Positions 13,085-27,166 of a DNA stretch of 64,000 bases are shown here, one piece after another; positions within the stretch are counted from its first letter, which is position 1; each line of letters starts with the position of its first letter. The DNA is from Bigelowiella natans CCMP2755. Its lineage: Eukaryota > Protista > Cercozoa. The notes under the pieces were generated by a model. It saw only the letters and a list, made by a program, of their open reading frames with translations, had not been told where the DNA came from and made no database searches. The stretch is from the NCBI GenBank assembly GCA_000320545.1, contig ADNK01001816.1, forward strand, positions 62,001-126,000, in the 5' to 3' direction. Both the position numbers and the translations under genes were made by a program.

Positions 13085-15111
13085 ATTATTTTCATCTCAT
13101 TATCCCCGTAAACGTTGCTTAAATGCCAAATAAATATGAGAGCGTAATTATAATAACTTATTGTATTGTTTTTCTGATTCTGATTGTTGACTGTTAGTCT
13201 GTTGAAATGATAGCTTGGTTCTCTCTTCTACTCCTTCACACCGTTTACATAAACTGTAGGACTAACGTGCAGGCCAGCCTTTAACATAAGCATAACAACA
13301 ACAACAACAACAACCAAGAAGAAGAAGAAAAACAACTATCAGGATATTATTATTGTTAGTGTCGTGTTTATTCAGCACACAATTCAATAAATACGAAGTA
13401 AATGTACACTTCCTCGCCTTATCAGCAAGACAATACACTATTTTAAATGAGGATGTAGAAAAATCATCATTTTTGTATGTATTGCAACCCATGGTCACTC
13501 CTCATTTAAAAGACAAAATCGTTCCTGATCCTGTTAGTGCTAAGGGAACTCTTCCTCACCTTTCTTGATTGCTTGATGTAGAGTTTCAGCAAACCGGTCA
13601 TCTAGTACGAGCAACAACAACAACAACAGAAAGAAGAAGAAGAAGAAGAAGAAGAAGAAGAAGAAGAAGAAGAAAATTGTGCTGTTCACTACACCCTATT
13701 TTCACCCAATCGTACCATAATAAACGGATAAGCACAATGTTAATTAACTCTAGGGATGAAGATGTCCGAAATGGTCATATCAACGTAAGATGCTTCCTAT
13801 GATATTATTTATCTGGGATACATGTAGCACCTCATTGCCTCCGTTGTGTTCTTTACGTTCCTGACATTAGTGAAACAAACGAATGAATGTGTGGAATTAT
13901 GTGTAGTGTAGGGTGCTACACATCTATCTGGACATTGGGCAAGTTTAAGATGACTATGGTGATAATGATTTACGATGATGATGATGATGATGATGATGAT
14001 GTGTCATGGTGACCTCATATGGTTTATCAAGTTCTTTTACAGTAAGGAGAGATATCATGCTTGTCCTATTGATCATGGTAGTAGTAGTAGTAGTAGTAGT
14101 AGTAGTAATAGCTGTATTAAGTAAAAATACATGTTATGCAAGAACAAGAAGTACTGATACACTGCTAATGATATTGTTTAAATGAATAGTCTTAAAATAC
14201 CATCATCCAAGTCAAAGGAAAATATTAGTAGTAGCAGGGTCATCGACTACTGCAAAACCTATCAATCCCAACAGTGCCTGCAAGTTGAGCTAATTCTTCA
14301 TATATCTGCCATATGTGAGAAGGAAAGAATGAAGGAAGGCAGTGAGGCTGTTACTAGCGGCAAAGAGAAGGAAGGGCTTGAATGATGATGATCAACAAGC
14401 ACCCAGCATAAATTTCAATAATACTATATATGTATATTCTCTGGTGGTGATGCAAAGTGAGCAATGAGTACAAACTTGTATTACGATGTGCTAGTACCCA
14501 GCATCATCAATCAGTACTACGTACTTTTACCCCACTCTTGCACGTCATTCATTCTCAGCTCTCAATTCACTACAGCATGCCACACAAACGTCATCGTCAT
14601 TATCATCATCATCAGCATCATCATCTTCATCATCGACTCTGTTATAACTCACTTGCTTTCTTGACTTGTCGTATAGAGCATCGTCCATAAATTTGGCCTA
14701 CATATATTTAGGAGGCAGCATATACACACGCATTTTGCACTAAGAAACCTTGCGACAAGCGACAGGATGCTGATGCTGATGTTGGATTTGATAGTTGTGT
14801 GTAATCATTTGTAAGCAAGGACAACAATGCTCACATCGATACAATTCATTACTTATAGGAAGAACAATAACAACAACACCACCAACACTTATTATAATAC
14901 AACAACTGCTGCTACTTCATTTATAGGAAGTTAAATACAGAATCATACGACACATACACAGAGTACATTCTACACACTACTACTAGTAGTACTAGTGCTA
15001 CTACTTGGTTTTGGAATAGAGCCATTGAATATTTACTATACGCCTCAATACCACCCAGCTTCTCTGCTGATAATGCTGCCTGTTGTAACCACACACACAC
15101 ACGCATATATA

Positions 15112-15150
<39 letters not shown>

Positions 15151-15354
15151 TATAGATTATTTAGTACTGAATGATGGGTTACCCATCGTGGGGTTAATGA
15201 GAAGATAAAGGAGGAGGAGGAGGAGGAGGGGTAAAACAAAAAGATCGGTTCTATGAAACTGGATTCATCATCATCATCAGCAGCAGCAGCAGCAGCTGTA
15301 GCAGCGGCAGCAGGTATGAAACAATGAATCATCTATTGGAAAAATATTGCTTTA

Positions 15355-15390
<36 letters not shown>

Positions 15391-15641
15391 GTGCAGAAGG
15401 CTTGATGCAGGGTGCCATGGTTGTATCTGGTTGAATTCTGTTATCAGTACCTGAAGTGATAAAGCAAACAAGCATATCCAAAAAGGTAAGAGGACGGGGG
15501 AGGGGAAGAGGATGAATGTTGTATTAGTTACTTCACGTAGTACTGCATATGATATGTGCATCATAATACTACCTACTGCTACTACTACTTGTACTACTTT
15601 TGAAACAACACGCCTTCTTTCGAGCATGTTGATCATCATTA

Positions 15642-15700
<59 letters not shown>

Positions 15701-15856
15701 TTACAAGAAATAGCCTTCAATCCAAACAACTGTGCTGGTAGTAGTACTAGTAGTAGTAGTAGTAGTACTCTATTTGGATGGTGTTCCTTTAAGTATGGAA
15801 GAAGCCTACAGTGGTAAGTGAAAATAATGGCATCATGTAAGAGATGTGATGATAAC

Positions 15857-15888
<32 letters not shown>

Positions 15889-16196
15889 CGATGAAATCCC
15901 ATAAACTATATAACAATAAGCAATTTCACTATCACAACTACTACTATCACTAAATTACTATTTAATACTAGTAGTTATCTAACATCAAATAATACATTGC
16001 CTATACTCTCCCTTCTTTCTCTCCCCCCTCCCCCCCCCCCCATGATAGTATCACTACTAGTTCTATACTACTTATCATGGAGTGTAAGGAACATCTTCTT
16101 GCTGAATGGGCATGTAAAATCCAGGTATCTGTAGTAGTAGTATACGAGATATGGTGATCATCAGAGATAGTAGTAGTAGTAGTAGTATATGTCCTT

Positions 16197-16231
<35 letters not shown>

Positions 16232-17227
16232 ACGTCTACAGTGCGTTGTCAGCTTATACGGTGGTGTATTTGGAGCAAACAAGCATCTCTCCTTCCAAAG
16301 CATTGATGAATGTTATATCAACTACCATCTCACCTTCCATATATTTGATCATGTTATATGATGACAACACTCCATGTACAAATTGATTCATAAATGAGAT
16401 GTATGCTGTCATCTTAAAACAAGTAATATATATTGATATATAAGATAATATTGGTAGTAGTACACGTCTATTCGCACTGGTGCTGCGATGTTTCCGTATC
16501 GATGGCCTATATCAAATTGATAACCCACGCAATGTCAATGATGTACATAGTAGCAGCCATACGCACGAGTAACAGCATATGTAAGAAGATAAGGCGTGAT
16601 AACTATGTGTACTATGTGCCAGGCCTTATCTCTTCTCTACAATGGCAAGAACAACCACCTAGCGGTGCAGATGGGAGGGGGGGACCACCAAGAGAAATAG
16701 GGATAACAGCAGCTGCTCCTTCTTTGCCCTGCTCGTTTATCACGCAACAGGAAGTAAATTGTGTTGTTGTTGTGGTTGCTGCTACAGCTGCTTTTCCTGA
16801 CAAGCCTTCTATTATGTGTGAATGCTTGTAAAAACTATGTAACAGTAATGCATAGTTCATTTACAATATAAGATCTACCTGCTCTGCAGCTTGTACTCTA
16901 CTCTTAGCATTCAATGGTGATCTTGTTGTTGTATAGGGATTTAGAGATGTTTCAATTACTGCATGATAGCATTATCCATTCATTGTAGTGCATTCATCTG
17001 CAAGACATGTCGGCATAACGAGAATATTTCAACATATTACTGAATTGCACAAGGACTAGACCAATTTCAAAATAAAAAATATGATAAAAATGGATTTAAT
17101 GCCGATAATACGCGTACTATTATCTTGAGGATATATGGAAATAGAAGGAGAGAAAAGAGAAAACATAAAAATATCAGTATTACGCTGAACCCCCCCCAAC
17201 AAGGCCAACAGATGCGAGGCGCTGCAT
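12919..17227 (-). CDS. Thioredoxin-like (DsbA-type) protein with CPFS motif
   Basis: Exons join to PPLPSAPLG|HRYGNIAAPVRIDV|YLDFTCPFSKKMFLTLHDK|LLPYLKEHHPNR|VLITEFNQIQPWHPASSLLHE|AALSAEKLGG...IYEELAQLAGTVGIDR...NGGNE|MTGLLKLYIKQSRK|AGLHVSPTVYVNG|IEDGGVSSGFTLEQWLEHLKPLLE*. YLDxxCPFS, QPWHP and cis-Pro SPTVxVNG are typical of this eukaryotic DsbA-like family. The 5' end (16.7-17.2 kb) is uncertain. Confidence 0.85.
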
Positions 17228-17863
17228 GGAATATATCATGATTCAATATAAAAACACATACACGTACATGTAAAAACCACAGGTACATCAAATAATATTA
17301 TATATAAATATATATATACATATATAATTGTATTATAATTGTATTCTGCACAATGTCTTACGTGTGCGTGTGTGCGGATTAGTGTGAATAAGTTTGGATT
17401 TGAACATTTTATCTCCCTTTCTGGTGTTTTACTACTAGTCATTACTATAAATTTTCGCCTCGAAAGAAGAGATGATGCCCTCATGTGAGTGCTCCTTACA
17501 CCGCTGCTGCTACCGCTACTGCATGATGAAAAGCGATTAAACGTCGGCATAAGAGAATCATCGTAAAAATCAAGCTCATTCAATCATATACTAACAGGAG
17601 AAACTTGGATGATGATGATGATGATGATCCATAGCGTCCACCTGATATATCACAACAATTGGTACTACATCGTCATCGATTGAAATATTAACCCTTCGAT
17701 CATTGCAACGAAGAAGAAGAGAAGGGTAGGTGAATGCTGTTTCTAATATGTTAGTTGTTGTTAGATTTAATTTACCAAGATAGGAAGCTCCAGAAAATGG
17801 TAAAGAGCAGGACATCGTAGCAACCAAGAGTGTGTTAAGAATCTTCTAATAAGGGTGATGAAC

Positions 17864-17902
<39 letters not shown>

Positions 17903-18600
17903 GCAGAAAGAGAATGCACGAGCATTCATGCATCCAGACATTCAGGCGAATTACAAGATTTTATACCCCATCTCGAAAAGTTAAAGAATTTATGACAAGT
18001 ATCATGAAACGGGGGTGGGGGCACCATCGACGTGTCAGCAACGTGGCAGATCCTCTGTCGACAAGTTTCCTTTTTATGCGTAATATTTCTAAGAGAGTAG
18101 CATATTCCACTGACAACACTAACAACAACCCAACGAAGTACTTCAATGCTTAATTTATTTTACGAATTAATAATAATAAGTCGCTCCAACCCTGTTGTTC
18201 TTACTACTACGTACTGCTGCTGCTCCTGGAAATTAAGGTAGTAATACCTAAAAGATCTCACCTGCTACGAGCACTACGAGCACTACAATACTACGACGAC
18301 GCACTGATCAGTGAAGTTGGATGTAAAATGAATATTTGCTAGTTAATTAGTTAAATGGTATGTTGTCCGATGACGCAGACTTGAAAATCATTGTATTTGA
18401 AGTATAGACATGTTTCATTTGTGGAAGAAATAGGTCTGAATCTACAACAACAACCCCAACAACCCACTTGTGATACCCACCTCTACTACTTCTGCCACGT
18501 ACGACTACCATGACTCCTCGCATTCTCCTACCCCTAGATCTACCAGTGAAATAGGATCAGAGACTTTCTGTATTAATTCTCTTCGGAGAATCCTCCTGCA

Positions 18601-20417
18601 ATGTCTGAATTCAAAACAGAAATGCGACACAGGAGCAATGCAATTATGGCAAATAATGTTGAGGGTGTTGATCATCTGAGCGACAGAAATAATCGTATGG
18701 AGGTTAAGAAATCTCCGCGAAGGTTATGCCACACTTAAGAATGACGGAATGTTATAAATTCAATCGACACAAAGGGATGTATTTAAGCTTGTAATATGTA
18801 GATTGATAGAAGGAATACGTTGGAACAGCTCAATCAACCTTTATGATCCTTGTTTTTCACTGTGATGGGTATTAGATTTGGACGAAGGATGACGTTCTTA
18901 GGAGAACTGCTATACCAATGGTCAGAGATCGATGCATCTTTGGAGCACGTGATTACATGTGTCATGTACTTCAATAAACATCCAGATGTTGGAAGAGTCA
19001 AGGTGTTATTGTTTCTGTAGAGGCCTGAAGAAGAAGCAAAATAATCTTATGTTGTCGTCGAGAGAAGTGATTGATTTTGGACTACGTTTCTATTTGTTGT
19101 CATATTTGCAACGGATGTTATTAAGATAAATATGGCATGCATACTTTTTAGATGATTACAAAAATTAAGTTATTACATATGAAACTCAATAAATAGTGAA
19201 TAAGTATATTGGTTTGTTGGTTATTTATCAAATTATTCCTACCGTTCTTTACCATAAAGCAACTGCTCCGTGAGAGACTTCTCGTTTACGATCGATTCTG
19301 CTCTATAGCAGTAAATGATGAAGAGGAGGGTGGGGATATCGATATTAATCACGATCAAACTGGCCAACATTATCATCATGGCCATCATCATCATGCATGG
19401 GAGAAGTTGGAAGTTGAAGCAATCGATATGGACTATCATTTGGTGGAAATAGATCTGCCAGCAGGGTCTACTAAGAAGGAAGTCGATACATTCGTAGCAT
19501 CAACATATGCAGCTCGATTAGATCCTGACAAACCGCTTTGGAGGTAGTGACACTACTACTAAATTGTTCAAGCTGACGACAAACAACCATCAGTACATCA
19601 TTTAGACAACAGCATCATCGACTTAGTTCTTCTTTTTCTTCTTTTGCAACCACTACTACTACTGCTACTAGGTTCTATTTGGTACGTGTTTCCTCTGGGA
19701 TAAGTGCATGTGTATGTAGAATCCATCATTCTGTTGGTGATGGAACCACATTGATTGAGGTACTCTTATCTCTTATGGACAAGAAGAACAAGACAGGGCA
19801 TGCAAAAAGTTTGCAAGAAAAACAAAAAAAAGAAGAAGAAGAAAAGGAAGATACCAAAGAGCAGAGCCCCCAAAAGGAGCTTAAGAGCCAGCAGAGAAAA
19901 GAAGAGATGAAAAGGAGGGAGGAAGAGGATGTGACAACTGTGATTAACAGTACTACTATAATGAAGAACAAAAGCGAGGAGATATCGAAGGAAAAGAGGA
20001 CAATACGATCATACGCAACGAAACGGTCCTCACCCTCCTGGATTAGTACTCTAAGAACCCCTCCACCTGTCTTTGCTCTCAGAGTGATGAAATGGGTATG
20101 GGGAGTGCTCATGGCTATCATGTATGTATTCCATCGTAAAGACACGCCAAATCGCCTAAAGATAGGGTCAGTAAAGCTGCTTTCTACAGGAAGAACAGTG
20201 TCACACGGTGGTAGTAGCAATAGTAGTAGTAATAGTAGTAGTAGTAGTAGTAGTAGTAGTATATTCATATTGAAAGAGAGTACTCTTGATAACAATGCAC
20301 TGATAATTGAGAATGAAGAACTCAATGCTGATCTTCACGATTGTTGTTGTTGTTGTTTGCACAACGTAATACGCTATTCTCCAACTGCAGCACTATCGTA
20401 CTACTATTATCTTACAC

Positions 20418-20455
<38 letters not shown>

Positions 20456-22401
20456 CCTCCTCCAACTCCTCCTCTTCCTTTGAAGGAATGAAGATCCCGT
20501 TGAAGCTGTTCAAAGAGAGTGGAAGGCTTGTTGGGGGTACAATTAATGACGTCATCGTTGCAACACTCACAGCAAGTAATAGATCCTAGACGATGTACCC
20601 TCACACCCCTCACTCTAATATATACAATACAGTGCTAACTGTAGTACACTTAACTTAGAATGGAATAGTAGTACAGCACAATATGGACAGAAGAGTGGAA
20701 TAATAATGATAATTATTAATATTAATGACAATAATAACAATAATAATTATAATACTGCGTGGAATGCAACAGTACGACAGAATGGAATAATAACGATAAT
20801 AATAATAACAATAATAATAATAATAGTGCGTGGATTATACGACAATCCTTCGCCTCCTCCTGCTGCTAATGATGATCTAAACTCTTTTTGACTTTTCACG
20901 TCCTCGTCGTTGTCGTAATCGTATTCTTAAAATGACGTGATTGATCCTCCTCGTCTAATAGCTGTGCGACGGTATTTGGAGAAACACGATCCAGATCTAT
21001 TTCAAGACAAGTCATCAACACCACCCCGCATAACCGTGCTCTTTCCTCTCAATATGCGCTTTGGAAGTGGTGGTTATTACTACAAATGGAAAGCATGCGT
21101 CATCATCTGTTGTTGTTATTATTGTTGTTGGAAATATATGATGGTCAAAATAATTTGTCATCTAATCATGTTTCTGACTACTGCTACAACTACTACTACT
21201 ATTTACTACTTACTACTACTACTATCGTTTAACTGATGAATGGTGTCAATACATTACTATCGTTTAACTGATGAATGGTGTCAATATATATATTACGACG
21301 CAGCAGACATCAACATATCTGACCCCTCCCAGTTTGGAAATCAATTCACGTTAGTTCCATTGAGTCTTCCTCTAGAATATGCTGCTGGAAATACTCAAGA
21401 AGAGCTTATTGACCTGCTTATTGCATGTAAATGTTATTGTGACGAGATGAAGCTTTCTCCCATGCCGGTACGTGTGTACGTTATGTGTGTGTATGTGTGT
21501 GTGTGTGTGTTTTGGAACAACAGCAAGCACCTCTTAGCATCGAGCACCAATAACAGGTTGTAGTCACATTGCTAAACAAACTTGCTATGAAGCTGCTTCC
21601 ATCTGAGTGGTACTGAGTGCTAGCCAGTAGTATTGTTGCTTTTTACTGACTTTTGAGTAGTAGTAGTATCTTCTTCTAAATCTTTAATGCTAATCCATAT
21701 TCCATGCCCCTCTCGAAGACATTAATCATCATCGTCATCATCATCATCGTCATCATCATCACCACCACCACCACTGTATCATCAGGTATCATTCTTTAAC
21801 ATTTTACTTGTTGGAGAAGGCAACCGGGTTATTCACCAACGTTCCAGGACCTCGAAAGAGTGTGAGTGTTGCCGGTGAGATTGTCGATGACCTGATGTTT
21901 TATGTGCCTGCTCTCTGCTCAACGACATTCAGCATTCTCTCCTACAACGGATATATAAACTTTGGTGTGATGGCCAACAAGGGAGGGGGGCTAAACATCA
22001 AACCGCAAGAACTTACACGATTATTCAGGGAACAGTTTTACCAGATTCACGAGGCTGTTATTGCTGCTGCTGCTGCTGCTAGTGATGAAGATGAGGAAGA
22101 TGAGAATAAAGTGCATATATCACCATTGCCATACAAGCATAAAGAACCAAAAAGTGAGCATAGGAAGGAATTGTTACTACTACGAGAAAGATATCTACAG
22201 AAGGGGAAACAGCTAAGAGCACCATGGTCATCTTACATGATGAGCTTTGGTTTATTCGTGTTGATACTCACTCGATATCGATTGTTGTTAGTGTTGTACC
22301 TTGTTGCTGTTGCGACTGCATATATAATGCTTTGTTATGAATGGGTGTCCTCCTTACTGGAAGATGGGGTTGTTCAATTTCCAATATTTATTATCCCCTA
22401 G
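18601..22401 (+). CDS. Wax ester synthase / diacylglycerol acyltransferase (WS/DGAT)
   Basis: LDPDKPLWR; catalytic HHSVGDG (HHxxxDG, 19724-19744); GGTINDVIVA; FPLNMR; FGNQF; FTNVPGP; FSILSYNG. Hydrophobic C-terminus. First exons MSEFKTEM...|FGRRMTFLGELLYQW...HVITCVMYF. Confidence 0.93.
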
Positions 22402-23045
22402 ATGAGTATGATTCTTAAAATAAACCTATAATTGATACATTGATGTGAGAATACGTTATTATTAGAATCACGTGAACAATGCTAAATATGAATGATCGAG
22501 CATCACATAGTGAGCCTTTGCAATAATTCGATGTGTTTTTATTGAATTATCATTTGCGTTGAATGGCATTAGCGGTGAGAGCATGATCAGCAGCTTGATG
22601 AGTTTGTAAAAGCTTCTTGCCACCAATAGTGCACGTACAAGTATAGGGGTCCACATGTGAGGCTGCAAGCAGTGGAAGGATTTACCACACATGTGTACTT
22701 ACACAGCAGTTTAGCAGTGCTACAATGGTGCTCATCCACATGTTGCATCTTGATCATGTGCTGTACATGCAGCGTGCCCGCTTCTCATTAGAACACAGTC
22801 GATCAATGCTCTGCCAGATGGTTTTAGGCACATATACGCGCTCTTGTCTAGTTTTTGGATAACAAAGGGCTATTCGTGTTATTTTCAATGTATGCAGCAT
22901 CAGCATCATACTAGAGCAGCATAATTTGCAATGATCTATGTAGCATCATCAGATTGAGTTCTATGGCTTGCATGGGGGTCGCATGGGATGAGCTCTTTTG
23001 TTTGTATTGCCTGCATCAAGCTGTGGTAGTATATATACGTGATAT

Positions 23046-23618
23046 TTATTGCAGTTTTTCTAAAAATCTTTCTGCATTTTCTTTCCACCCCACGTCCAGC
23101 ATAACATCGTGTGCTCCTTCTAACCATACTATTTCATCATCGTCAACATTCAAAAATCTTGCAGTCTCGACGACACCCTCGTCATCCACCAGAAAGTCAT
23201 TTTTAGCTCCAAATACCAACACTTTATCTGAAGCTGTTGCTGCTGCATTTTTTGGATAATTTAGGAAATAAATATGATGTGGGCACATTTATGCATGAAT
23301 CTTGCATCAAGTGATTAGCCTTCATCTCTTACACCTCATCATTCCCATTACGCTTCTAAGCTCCCTAACACCATCTACATCGTCGTCGTCATCATCATAT
23401 CTAGCGATACTGGTGCATTATTATTATTATGATCATTATGCTTATAATTATTATTATTATTATCAATTTGATATGACCTATTTTGCTGCTTTCCATAGCC
23501 CATGCGGCTGTTTTCCCATTGTCACTCATCTTGGAGGTCTCTACTGGAAGTCTCCTCAACACACTGCCATATGGATGGGGATATAGTTGTATGATAGACA
23601 TCTGTGTGTAACGTCGTT

Positions 23619-23652
<34 letters not shown>

Positions 23653-25035
23653 GTGGGGGCACCTAAGAGCAGCCTTTCTATGCTGATGATAATCATGATA
23701 ACAACTTTGTATGCTGATGATAATCATCACGACAACTTCAAGAAGACGATATTACTACTACCTTTGCAGATCAATGAAGGAATTCGAGTCCTTCCTGAAG
23801 TGTTCTTGCATGTATCGTAAGACCTTGTCGTCATCCATATCCTTCAAGGAGGAAGAACAAGAACAAGAACAAGAAGAAGAAGAAGAAAAATATCAACAAC
23901 AACAACAAACGCAATAACAATCCGGCAAGAGCAGTACACCACATCATCATCATTATCATCCATCACAAATGAACGTGATGAACCCTGAAAACAACAAGGA
24001 TTAGACGACCAACACCAGCAGCATCATCAATAACAACATACATGTAACAAGCTCGGTACTCATAATAAGTTAGTATCATAGAATTTATCGATTTGGATAC
24101 GATTATTTGCTACCTCAGAAAAAAAGAATTTCTTGCAGAGTTGAGGTTGTTGAGCGGCATCCTTGAGCACAAATCCTCGGGTAATATCCCATGTTACCTA
24201 GTGGTTGTTTCAAAGCTGTTTATTAAGTTGTTGTTCTTGTTGTTATGAAAAGAAGAAGCAAACGATATGCCATCTATATTTTGTCTTAATTAGCATCACA
24301 AGCTTGTGTACCGACAGCTGTGCTAGTAGTTGGCAGTAGTAGTAGTAGTGAGCTTAATTATCATCATAATCATTGATATTATCAGTCTCAGTGCTCGACT
24401 AGGACGTTGAGATCAACTACCTCCCACCCCCTCGTATCGATGAACCTTTTAGTCATTGGTCCATTGCCACTAGGAGGCACACTGATTTTGTGTGGTAATG
24501 ATACATGGGCGTTATTGTGTTATTATTCAGGTGATGAATGATACAGAGAGAGAAAAGCAGATAGTTCCATTTGGAATCATGACCAAGATGATAATTCTCC
24601 ACCATTTCCTCCTCATTATCATCATCATCTCCACCATCATCATCACATCCTCATCCTCATCATCATCATCATCATCACTCATCGAATACACCTGCAAAAT
24701 AAAGCTACGGCGCTGAACTTTATTGAGAGAATAGTAGTAGCAAACGAGGTCAGAATTTAGTCAAACGCTGCTGCATCATCATCATCTCTGTTTAGTTGAT
24801 TGCTTTTAATGCTCCTATGAGGCTGCATTACATATATTGTATACGATAGCAGCAGTAGTATCTTTCTTACCTTATCAAGATTTCCTTGAATTGTTTTCAT
24901 CGCCACCATCCCTCTTTTCGATAAGATATCAATCAAGCACAAAAGAACAAGAACAACCACAATATTTTAATACACATTCCAATGTTGAAGAAGAGGGCGC
25001 ATCAACCAACGCCTCCATATACTTTCTCATCAGAT

Positions 25036-25105
<70 letters not shown>

Positions 25106-26648
25106 ACAGTAGTAATGTAAGCGTCATCGTCGTTTTCCATCAACTCTTAAGCAGCAAGAGCATATTCATACCCAAAGCTGTGAGCAGCAAGTATAGGAAG
25201 TCTTTCCGATATATTCATGACACGATTGAAACGTAGCACGTCAACAACGTGTTGCTCGATGTTAGGCACTGTGGTTAAAAAACCACATGAGATATCACTA
25301 TTATTTAACGCATCTTAGCCCTTTCCAACATAATTTTCGAGTCTTTATGTGATGTGTATTTGAAGTGGTGACGCTGTTAATACTTGACTATCAGCAATAT
25401 TTCAAATGTGTGAGTATGAAAAAAGTCAAGACACACACCACCTTTTACATCGGGGAATAATGGATCTGGAGACTCAGATGTTCCTATTGTGATAATTGCT
25501 TTTATTTTCATTACCATCATCATAAAACATCACTACCACCCTCCTATGATACGATACACTGCGACAACAACTCTAAATGCTATCGAATTGCTCTCAACCC
25601 CGAAACGATATTGAATAGCAGTCATATCCCTCCTCGGAGAAGAACTGCATCCAGTGCTACGTGTAAGATCAGAAAATGCAGCAGGTCGGGTAGTTTTCTG
25701 TCAGTATTATTGTTGTTATTATATTATTGTTATTTTATATTTCTGAAATAATCTGCGGCAAACTTGCCTGGCATACAAAAAGTGAATCAATCATTATTGC
25801 AACCTCCGCAAAGCACCAACCACTATGAAAAGATCCGTGAAGAAACACAATGGGAGGTCTTTTACCAGCAAGGGGACCTGATATTTACAATGTAGTAATT
25901 ACAGTTACTAATGCACATTGACGACGTGTGTGTCATCTTCTTGGTTTCGTGTTACCTTTACCCGCTGAGTAGAAATAACGCATTCGAAAACCGTCCTCAA
26001 ACTGCACTGATTTTTCTTCGATGCTGAAGACATGATCATCATCTTCGGGAGAGTTTTTTGCCACCATTGCAGAGGACTTTATCCTCCTTGGCCGCCTCCT
26101 CCCCCTCGTGTGTTGCTGCAGCATTAGAGGTGATAGTCTATATCTCCCACCGAAAGGCGCTGGAGGTGGTATCAGCGTCACCTATGATGTACTGAAATGT
26201 TATCAACAGTGCTTCGAATGTGATGGCGTTAGGGTTGGAAGCGATTGTTTAAGATGATAACGGGAGGCAGCAGCTCTACTTTGTCGTTAGATGAATGGAC
26301 GGCGCTTGAGACATCTCTAAGCTGCATTCGTCCTCTTCTTCTCCTTCTTAAGGATTCTTTCGAGTGGTACAATGATGAGGACGGCAGTTCGTTTGTGGTT
26401 CTTCTGCTAGTACTACCGATGTAATAATTACGTGAGGAGGAGGAGGAGGAGGAGAAGGAGCAGGGGGAGTGCATTGCTGATGTCCCAGAAGAAGAAATAG
26501 AAGAGAGGAATATCTGGCTGCGAGAAGGTGCCGAGGATATTACTATTGACGCAGATAATAATCCTACCACCGTTGCTAGAAGGACCAAATTGAAAGGGGG
26601 GAGAGCAACACCCGCATGCTCGGGAGCCTTGCCCATGTGAGAAGCCAT
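23046..26648 (-). CDS. Alpha/beta hydrolase (esterase/lysophospholipase-like) with bipartite-type N-terminal leader
   Basis: PPIVFLHGSFHSGWCFAE (~25805-25860); nucleophile elbow ILAAHSFG (~25170); VLVFGAKNDFLV and GAHDVMLD (Asp and His of the triad) in the last exon. The N-terminus has a hydrophobic segment followed by a Ser/Arg-rich stretch. Confidence 0.9.
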
Positions 26649-26661
26649 CGCCGATTCCAGA

Positions 26662-26915
26662 TGTTGTTGTCTGATGTTGCCTGTTGAATGGAGAAAACTC
26701 AGGATATATCTTGGTATAATATTAGTCTATTTATATCGACTTCAATGTGTTGTTGCCTATTATATTGGAGAATACTTAAGATATATCGGGTTATAATATT
26801 AGTCTATATTTTATCCACTTTCTGTGTGTTGTTGCCTGATGTTGCCTGTTAAATTGGAGAATACTCACGATATATCCGTGTATAATATTTATCTAGATCT
26901 ACTTTATATCTTCCA
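26662..26915. repeat. Three diverged ~80-bp tandem units in a divergent promoter region
   Basis: Core tgttgttgcct...tggagaa.act.a.gatatatc...tataatatt occurs three times. Confidence 0.8.
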
Positions 26916-27166
26916 GACACGAGTTGTCAGGTAATTACCTAGTTACGACTTGAGTTCTGTGTTGTCTTCTATGGTTAAATAGACTACATTTTGAGCAGTT
27001 TTATTCACAGGTAACAGGCACACACTTACTGCGGCATCCATTAAAGAGCACTCGTCGAATAGATCTAACCCGAACTAGCGCATCCTAAGCCGTGCGGGAG
27101 CTGGTTGGGTTTCTTGTCTCATAAAGGGGTTGGGGGTGGGTTCCCTGTCCTTTACCAAGACTTATT

